From positions 32,001 through 96,000 of IMG/VR virus record IMGVR_UViG_3300027704_003324: 64,000 bases of DNA; one strand, 5' to 3'. Origin of the DNA: a virus. Below the pieces are notes generated by a model that worked only from the letters and a program-made list of their open reading frames with translations, made no database searches and was not told the DNA's origin. The position numbers and the translations under genes are program-made. Positions 57,210-64,000 of the stretch are shown here, piece after piece (position 1 is the stretch's first letter; each line of letters starts with the position of its first letter).

Positions 57210-58538
57210 TTATTTACAGTAATTGCAAAATGAATCAAAATTAGTTGGCTTTTGAAATCTTACGTTATTCTCCATTACTAACTTATTATATTCTACAACT
57301 CCTCTTAATTGATTAAACCATTCTAACTTATCTTCAATACTTCTTTTACTAAATGCTTCTATCCATTCTAAGATAGCATCCGTTCTTTGTATATCGTTTA
57401 ATTTATCATACTCTTCTGGGATCATAGCATCAAAGGTTTGGTACCCGTATTTAGTATGTAAATACTCTAAGCTATCTCTACCTCCAAATACAATAAATGG
57501 ATGATTTGCAGCTATTGGTTTAAATACTTTTTCACTTAAGAAAACTGCTTTATTTTTATCCTCAAATTGTGCTTCACTTACAATGGTAACAAAAGAATCT
57601 AACATAGGTTGTTCATTTAACCTGTTTATAAACTCTCCAGCGTCAATATTATCATTTTCTCCGAATGTAGGTACATTATCATAGAATAAAGGAAGAGTTT
57701 TTGCTGCAGGACCTAAATCAACTGTTGTAAGAACTTCTTCTCCCATATTGCATCTTTGGTCTAATTCATAACTAAACTTATTCATGCTAACTATTCCTTC
57801 TTTAAGTAAATCTTTCTTATGAAGCATAGTGTACATCCATATCCTATGTTGTCTAGGTCTTCGGTTTAAAAAATTGTATACTTTTATTTTTTCTTTATTA
57901 GCATGTTTATATTTTAAATGATCATCAAATGTAGGTGCATAAACGTCTGGTTCTTTACTGTTAAGGTATATATCTGCTTCAAAATGACTATACCCTAGAA
58001 CCTTAATAGTTTTAGTTTTATTGTCTCTCTCGTACTCTTCTTTATGTTTATGTATATTTAGATCACCTGTAATAAACATTATGCTCTCCACAGGGATATT
58101 AAGTCTATCACACTCCTCTTTGAAGAAATCAAACAGAGTATCGTCGTAGTATCCCTCTAAAGAATTATCAAACACAATTAAAGCTTCTTTCTTTTGAGCT
58201 TTAAGTATATGTTTCATACTAATTGCTGAGAATATTGATGCTCCATTTTTTTTCATCCAATGATCTGGTGCTGCATGAACACCTATTGGGTATATGTATT
58301 TAATGTTCTGTATTTTAGAGTCAGTACCTAAGTACTTATTAATCCTATAGCTACTATTTAAACCAAAACAAATGTTATCCCGAGTATCTCTATCATCATA
58401 CATTTCTGGTTTAAGAATAGGTGTGCTAAAGTTTTTTAATACATCCAAGTGTATGAAGTAAGGGGAAGATGTTAAATGCGTGCCTTTCCACGATCTATCT
58501 CCATTAAATCCGTCATGTGTATCAGTAACTATGTTCAT
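57210..58538 (-). CDS. putative glycosyltransferase (GT10/GT-B-like)
   Basis: NRRPRQHR, IVSEA, SEKVFKPI..HPF, GYQTF. Confidence 0.5.
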   Translation of the reverse strand: MNIVTDTHDGFNGDRSWKGTHLTSSPYFIHLDVLKNFSTPILKPEMYDDRDTRDNICFGLNSSYRINKYLGTDSKIQNIKYIYPIGVHAAPDHWMKKNGASIFSAISMKHILKAQKKEALIVFDNSLEGYYDDTLFDFFKEECDRLNIPVESIMFITGDLNIHKHKEEYERDNKTKTIKVLGYSHFEADIYLNSKEPDVYAPTFDDHLKYKHANKEKIKVYNFLNRRPRQHRIWMYTMLHKKDLLKEGIVSMNKFSYELDQRCNMGEEVLTTVDLGPAAKTLPLFYDNVPTFGENDNIDAGEFINRLNEQPMLDSFVTIVSEAQFEDKNKAVFLSEKVFKPIAANHPFIVFGGRDSLEYLHTKYGYQTFDAMIPEEYDKLNDIQRTDAILEWIEAFSKRSIEDKLEWFNQLRGVVEYNKLVMENNVRFQKPTNFDSFCNYCK

Positions 58539-58539
58539 C

Positions 58540-59544
58540 TTATTTTTTCCAAAAACTATACAATCCTTTATCTATTTCGTAACTATCCCAAACAAATCTT
58601 TCTCTATTTGGTTGCTTCTTAGCCCATTTCCACATTTTAGATAAACCTTCATATAAGTCTGTCTTATATTCATATCCAAGAATATCAATAGATTTTTGAT
58701 ATGAGGGGTAAGCGTCTTTAACTTCATGTCTACCTTCTAAGTACTCAACTGTACCGTTTTTAATAACGTCTCTCAGAATTGCGTTTGCTTCATTTATAGA
58801 GTGAAACTTTGTACCGCCGAGGTTAATTGTTTCGCAACAAGCTTCTTTTAGTGTTGCGGCTTTCCATAATGGTTCCAAACAGTCATCTATAAAAGAGAAA
58901 GCTCTAGTCTGGGTTCCGTCACCAAATATTGTCATTGGTAAATCATTAATGTATTGGTACATCCAAATTCCTAATACATTTCTATATTTATCCCATATGT
59001 TTTGCCCTGTACCGAATACATTATGTGGTCTGATAATGCAGTACTCTAATCCGTGTTGTTCGTGAGCTACTTTTATATCCATTTCACAAGCGTATTTAGC
59101 AATACCGTAAGGGTCTATTGGTGAAGGTATATCAGACTCTTCAAAGGGTCTTTTTCCTTCCCATCCGTGTCCATATACAGCCATAGATGAAGTAAAGACT
59201 AATCTTTTTACATCGTGAATTATACATTCATTTACTATTGCAGCTGTTGCTATAGTATTATTAGTATAGTTGTATTTTCTTATAAAAGGAGATAAACCTT
59301 CTGCTGCATAGGCTGCAAAATGAAATACATATTCTGGTTTATGGTATTCAAATATACCTGTTAGGTCTTCTTTTGCTATATCAGTTTCATAGAAAATGAT
59401 TCTCTTGTCTATATTTTCTCTATAACCTCCTGAAAGGTTATCGATTCCAACTACTGTGTATTCTGGTTTATTATCTAAAATCCATTTAGCTAACCTACTA
59501 CCTAATAGCCCTGCAACACCAGTTATTACTATTTTTTTGTCCAT
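58540..59544 (-). CDS. NAD-dependent epimerase/dehydratase
   Basis: TGVAGLLG, TSSMAVYG, YGIAK, GDGTQTRAF. Confidence 0.92.
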   Translation of the reverse strand: MDKKIVITGVAGLLGSRLAKWILDNKPEYTVVGIDNLSGGYRENIDKRIIFYETDIAKEDLTGIFEYHKPEYVFHFAAYAAEGLSPFIRKYNYTNNTIATAAIVNECIIHDVKRLVFTSSMAVYGHGWEGKRPFEESDIPSPIDPYGIAKYACEMDIKVAHEQHGLEYCIIRPHNVFGTGQNIWDKYRNVLGIWMYQYINDLPMTIFGDGTQTRAFSFIDDCLEPLWKAATLKEACCETINLGGTKFHSINEANAILRDVIKNGTVEYLEGRHEVKDAYPSYQKSIDILGYEYKTDLYEGLSKMWKWAKKQPNRERFVWDSYEIDKGLYSFWKK

Positions 59545-60047
59545 AATCCTGTTATTTGTAGAGTATATCTTGGTTCAATACCAATATTACTAGCAGCATG
59601 CTCTACATCTGTGCTATAAATTACATAATCTCCTCTTTTCCAATTTACTATAGCCTTTCCTTCTGCTTCAAAATAATGTCCAGGCTTCCAGTCTTCTATA
59701 AATATGATGGCTCTACATACTCTATCAATACTTCTTTCTAATTTAAACCTTTTACAGTATGTCTGAAAGTGGTCAATATGTGGAGGCATAATTTCAAGCT
59801 GTACCATTTTATAGAAGGTATAACCACAATGTGTTAATCCTAATTCATTTGATACATCTTCTACCCATTCTGGCATTGGGTTTTTACTATTATAAAGAGC
59901 TCCTAGAAAAGTATCATGAGTGTATCCTTGATTTCTCCAGTTATTTAGTTCTTTTTTGTTTGTAAGATTCTGTTTTGTATAAGGAAAATGCAAATATTCA
60001 TTTCCCATTACTGTGTTAATCTTACCTTGTTTAACCCAATTATCCAT
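59529..60047 (-). CDS. cupin / 2OG-Fe(II) oxygenase-like protein
   Basis: PPHID...H.A.N.G...RYTLQITG. Confidence 0.6.
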   Translation of the reverse strand: MDNWVKQGKINTVMGNEYLHFPYTKQNLTNKKELNNWRNQGYTHDTFLGALYNSKNPMPEWVEDVSNELGLTHCGYTFYKMVQLEIMPPHIDHFQTYCKRFKLERSIDRVCRAIIFIEDWKPGHYFEAEGKAIVNWKRGDYVIYSTDVEHAASNIGIEPRYTLQITGLWTKK

Positions 60048-60049
60048 AT

Positions 60050-61060
60050 TTAATCTCTTACCATATCAGCAGTGCAGCAATGAAAAGAACCTCCTAATGT
60101 TCTGGAGTGTCTTATATTTAAGTCCAAAGCTTCAATCTTATATTTTTTAAGTTGCTTAATTAATTCTGTTTGTCTATTATCTACACATACTGTATTTTCG
60201 TCTAACGAGATAAGATTTATTCCTACCCATTCTGATGCTCTTAGTACTCCTTTGTATCCTATATCTACCATTGGTGCTGCATATATAATATCCCACCCTT
60301 TAAAGAGTTTTGGCATATTCTTTTCGTTAATTCTAGATGGATTAACTAATGCTAGTCCGTCTCTTAGAATGGCAATTGTAGAATCTATATGAGAATAGGA
60401 ATACATATTTTCTAAGTAGTGTACATTGTATTTATCTCCTAATATATTTTTTAACCAGGTATGTCCTTTTTTATTACCTGTATTAGAGTTTAAATACAGA
60501 ATGTCGTCGTTATGTCTTAGTATATTTGCTGCATCAAAGACAGGTTCAACATTAGTTAATGTTAAATCCTTTAAATTAGTTCTTTGGTAAGAATCATCTG
60601 TTAATCTTGGTTTAGGTGCACATATCCATTTAGATCCTTTGTCATTATATTTTATAAAAAGGTCCCTATAAGCATCCGTTTCAAACTGTCTGGATCTTAA
60701 CGTCATAGGTGATTCTATAAGGGTATCTCCTATTACTGTCATAGTATCTCTAGGACAAAAGGTATAGTATTGATCTGTCTCCCAATATCCGTTAGATACG
60801 GTCTTAGTAGTATCTATTATATCAGGTCTGTGTACTATAGCTCCAAAATCCTGCAAAGCTTTTGTCAATAGGTCAAGATCTTCTATAGACTCTTCATAAA
60901 CTTTAGGATCAAAGAATCCTAATTCCTTAGAAGGTATATTATCTTTGTCCGCATAGTTAATAGCATGGAGATCAAAACCATGTCTAGGCATATTTGCATT
61001 GTCGACTCTTCCGACAATTACTTCTCTTAATTTACCGTATTCATTTTTTACATTAACCAT
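60050..61060 (-). CDS. amidinotransferase (glycine / inosamine-phosphate family)
   Basis: CPRD, FDAAN, HIDST, GGSFHCCT. Confidence 0.9.
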   Translation of the reverse strand: MVNVKNEYGKLREVIVGRVDNANMPRHGFDLHAINYADKDNIPSKELGFFDPKVYEESIEDLDLLTKALQDFGAIVHRPDIIDTTKTVSNGYWETDQYYTFCPRDTMTVIGDTLIESPMTLRSRQFETDAYRDLFIKYNDKGSKWICAPKPRLTDDSYQRTNLKDLTLTNVEPVFDAANILRHNDDILYLNSNTGNKKGHTWLKNILGDKYNVHYLENMYSYSHIDSTIAILRDGLALVNPSRINEKNMPKLFKGWDIIYAAPMVDIGYKGVLRASEWVGINLISLDENTVCVDNRQTELIKQLKKYKIEALDLNIRHSRTLGGSFHCCTADMVRD

Positions 61061-61652
61061 TTGAAAATACTTTATAGTTTGTTAAATCTGGGTAGTTCTT
61101 ATATGACCACTCTTTAGGTTTAGTTGCTACTGCATCAGGTATTTTATGAATACCCATTAGAGCAGTTTCAGGAGTCATATAATAATGATACCCTGCTGTA
61201 TTAATTTCTTGTTTATCCCAAGGTAGTGGAGATTTAATATCTCTACCATCGTAAGACATTCTCCTTAGTTCATCTGCTGCTTCTTCATTATCAGTTAAGA
61301 TCATCCCTCCTCTTCCTAAGTTCAAATGCTTCTTAAATTGAAAACTTAGTACCATAAAGGTCCTATCAATATACGAACTTTCTTTCCAATACACTGCTGA
61401 ATCTATAATATTTTCAGTTATATAGTAATAATCGTACCAATTTTCATCTTTCCAGGTTAGTTCTAAGGTTAATTTACTAGCTAACATAGGAATAGATAGA
61501 TACGTATGTTTTGGTACCTCAATTTTTTTAGCTTTTGTGTATCTGAGAGCTAATTCTAAACCATGAGTACAACAGTCTACTGCTACTGCAAATGGAGCTC
61601 CATAATGACGAGCTATTTGTGATTCGAATATGTTTACAGTTGCAAATCCCAT
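61053..61652 (-). CDS. DegT/DnrJ/StrS-family aminotransferase, shortened
   Basis: AVAVDCCTHGLEL, DSA, SFQFKKHL..GRGG, GYHYYM. Confidence 0.8.
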   Translation of the reverse strand: MGFATVNIFESQIARHYGAPFAVAVDCCTHGLELALRYTKAKKIEVPKHTYLSIPMLASKLTLELTWKDENWYDYYYITENIIDSAVYWKESSYIDRTFMVLSFQFKKHLNLGRGGMILTDNEEAADELRRMSYDGRDIKSPLPWDKQEINTAGYHYYMTPETALMGIHKIPDAVATKPKEWSYKNYPDLTNYKVFSNG

Positions 61653-62692
61653 TAGTTAAGTTTTGATATACAATTAAATGCATGTTTTATGTTAACGAGT
61701 ATTTTGTCTATAGGGTCAGTAATGTGGTAAGTTAGTAGGTCTGTGCTATATGCTGCTACCAAAGTCCAAGTTGATACCGGATGTCCTAATATAATTTTAC
61801 AAGTTCTTAATGCTGATTGATCTATTACTGTTTCTAGACCTGTTCTTTCTAAGTTAGTAGATTCGTATAAGTGAGTACTGTGTATGTATTTAGGTACATG
61901 CTTATAAAAATCATCTCTAGTAAATACTTTAGTGCCTTCAGGTAATAGATCTGTAATCTTCTTAAGTTCTATAGTAGGTAGATCAGTAGAGATATAAAAC
62001 TGTGCTTTTGGTCTTTCTGCTATGATGTCCTGAAGCAACCTAGTAACTTTTCTATCATTTACATACTTGTATATAGAATCTTTTGATCTGGGATTATTCT
62101 GGTTTAATAAATCATTATCCTGTAATGTTTCACTAAACTCTAACATTTCTTTTTTAGATTTAAATACTCCTGATCCTCTTCTCAAATGCACTCCTATAGT
62201 GTTAGTTCCAAGTACTTTCAAAAAACTTTTTCTAAATGTTGGATCTATAAGTTTTATTTCTCTACTTCCTTTACGTGTTTTATATTTAGTGTCTTCGAGT
62301 ACTAAACCTACTTTGCTCCAATCGAATGCTGTATAGTAGTCAATATTATTTTTAAGCGTATCTTCTTTTCCGTCTAATATGTCATCAACCATTTTATTTG
62401 TAATAGGTAGAAGTTTTGTCCACTTCTCTTTATGGTGATCAAAATCCCATCTAGCTATTTTGCTTTGAATTTGAGGATCTGTATGCCATAACTGCCAGGT
62501 CATCATACCCGGAAAGTCTAGAAATTTCTTTTCATGCCAAAAGTGCTGTTCTACTTCTGTATTATGGTCTGTACCACAAATCATTTGTAATTTATATACT
62601 GTTTCCCAATGTTGTATTCTATTACCATATCCTGTATCAAACTCATGGTGCCCACCTCCCCATGGTTCTAGTAATCTTATTTTATAATGCAA
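61652..62692 (-). CDS. fucosyltransferase-like (GT11/GT23-fold) protein
   Basis: GYGNR, GVHLRRG, FYISTD, STW. Confidence 0.55.
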   Translation of the reverse strand: MHYKIRLLEPWGGGHHEFDTGYGNRIQHWETVYKLQMICGTDHNTEVEQHFWHEKKFLDFPGMMTWQLWHTDPQIQSKIARWDFDHHKEKWTKLLPITNKMVDDILDGKEDTLKNNIDYYTAFDWSKVGLVLEDTKYKTRKGSREIKLIDPTFRKSFLKVLGTNTIGVHLRRGSGVFKSKKEMLEFSETLQDNDLLNQNNPRSKDSIYKYVNDRKVTRLLQDIIAERPKAQFYISTDLPTIELKKITDLLPEGTKVFTRDDFYKHVPKYIHSTHLYESTNLERTGLETVIDQSALRTCKIILGHPVSTWTLVAAYSTDLLTYHITDPIDKILVNIKHAFNCISKLN

Positions 62693-62694
62693 GC

Positions 62695-64000
62695 CTATAT
62701 AATTTTAGTCCATTTAGATTTTTTCTTCTCCACATCCGGTGCATATTCGCCTGCCGGGTCAGCCTTCTTCTTCTTAATGTTTACACTTTTCCATTTAGTT
62801 TTAATTTCATGTTTAGGTTTATCTATATCTGGTTGGTACTCACCTGATTCAAAATGAGTAATTGCTCCGTTATTAACTTTTACCTGTGGTATATTTTTAT
62901 CTACTTCGATAGAGTCGTACCATTCTACCAGTTCTGGGAATGTTTCTCTAAAGTTAAGGTTTTTTCTTACATCGTATTGTTCATAGAAACTTTTAAAGTC
63001 ATGATAATGTTTAGTTTTATCTTCTTCTGTACTTGTATGTCCTTGCTCTACTACGTCTACATATTTAATCAACCTTTCGATTTGAGCTTTTTCATGATCC
63101 ATCATCAATGGATGGTCTTTTTTACCCTCATACCATGTTGATAACTTCTTATATACCTTAACTTTTTCAGAATCAACTAGATTTAATGGTGATTGAAATG
63201 CTGGCCATCTTAATATATTTAAGTCAATACCAGGTGAGTTCATTCCATATTTTTCTTTAAGAGAAAACATATCATCCATAAATTCAGTAATAGAATAGAG
63301 ACATAGACTGTTAATAGTCATCATACATATAACTTGATTGTAATCTGCTTCTTCTATAAACTTAACTAAATTAGCTCTCCATTGATCGTAATCTAATCCT
63401 GATCTAATATAGTTTGCTGCTGGTCCATAAGCTTCACAACTGGTATATAAATCAAAACCTTTAATATCTATGTCCTTTGTAGTGTCTATAAGCTTTTGTA
63501 TAAGCTTAGGATGTACCATAAGGTTAGAATTTACTGCTAAAGTTAAGTCTGGAGCTGGGTGCTCTTTAACTGTCTCTAAGAATTTCCAAAAGTTATGAGA
63601 TGCAGATGGCTCTCCTCCTGTAACTCTTAATTCTTGTAGGTGTTTTGATAATTCTGGCCACCATTCAACAAAAGCTTGAACGTATGGATTATTGTCATTA
63701 TATTTACCAAATAAATCTGCCCATGACCCATCGGCATGATATGCTCCTGCAGAGGTAGTTTTAAAATCTTGGTAAGGTCCGTTTGTTTCAATATCTTTAG
63801 CCCAAGTTGTTGAGTACCCAGCATTACAGTATGAACAAGCTAAATTACAGGTCCTATCAAAAGATACTTCTACTGTTTTTAGCATAATATCAGCATCCCA
63901 AGGTGCATTAGCTGCATCTTCTATTTCTTGGTCTGTATATATTCTACTTTTGAAGATTCTATCTCCTGCTGTATTAGGGTCAATGTCTTCTACTTTCCAG
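62695..64000 (-). CDS. radical SAM protein (probably twitch/SPASM type), 5' end beyond the window
   Basis: CNLACSYC, TGGEP; the frame stays open upstream of 63885 (WKVEDIDPNT...). Confidence 0.85.
   Translation of the reverse strand, partial: WKVEDIDPNTAGDRIFKSRIYTDQEIEDAANAPWDADIMLKTVEVSFDRTCNLACSYCNAGYSTTWAKDIETNGPYQDFKTTSAGAYHADGSWADLFGKYNDNNPYVQAFVEWWPELSKHLQELRVTGGEPSASHNFWKFLETVKEHPAPDLTLAVNSNLMVHPKLIQKLIDTTKDIDIKGFDLYTSCEAYGPAANYIRSGLDYDQWRANLVKFIEEADYNQVICMMTINSLCLYSITEFMDDMFSLKEKYGMNSPGIDLNILRWPAFQSPLNLVDSEKVKVYKKLSTWYEGKKDHPLMMDHEKAQIERLIKYVDVVEQGHTSTEEDKTKHYHDFKSFYEQYDVRKNLNFRETFPELVEWYDSIEVDKNIPQVKVNNGAITHFESGEYQPDIDKPKHEIKTKWKSVNIKKKKADPAGEYAPDVEKKKSKWTKII

Noticed and set aside
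2017-63141. Other plus-strand ORFs in the track
   Set aside because: Nearly all overlap convincing minus-strand genes and none has recognisable features
1-64000. Stop-codon reassignment, introns or splicing inteins in polA, nrdA or the helicase
   Set aside because: Genes are full length and densely packed under the standard code, TAG and TGA act as stops, and no insertions are evident

Overview
AT-rich segment of a large tailed (myovirus-type) bacteriophage, most likely infecting Bacteroidota/Flavobacteria (DUF4494 protein, Hc1-like protein, TTG-N~20-TAnnTT promoters, few Shine-Dalgarno sites). Every credible gene is on the minus strand. In transcription order (right to left): a large sugar/glycan-tailoring cluster (radical SAM, aminotransferase, amidinotransferase, epimerase, UDP-glucose dehydrogenase, GT- and SGNH-like paralogs); a contractile-tail module; a replication module (two family-A polymerase genes, SSB, RecA/UvsX, 5'-3' exonuclease, helicase, nrdAB, thioredoxin); a dispersed 7-deazaguanine DNA-modification pathway (queC, queD, queE, folE, queF, TGT-fold DpdA-like, PurN-like formyltransferase, plus PRTase, NTP-pyrophosphatase and kinase); a PAPS/carbamoyltransferase module; chaperones (J-domain, Hsp20, GroES, GroEL); and nadE. 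The most striking signals are non-coding: two preQ1-I-type riboswitch-like leaders (before folE and before the queD-queE operon), a 6S-like rod RNA abutting tRNA-Ala, and a long-range stem enclosing hsp20. All calls come from motif recognition by eye and remembered reference sequences; no searches were run.
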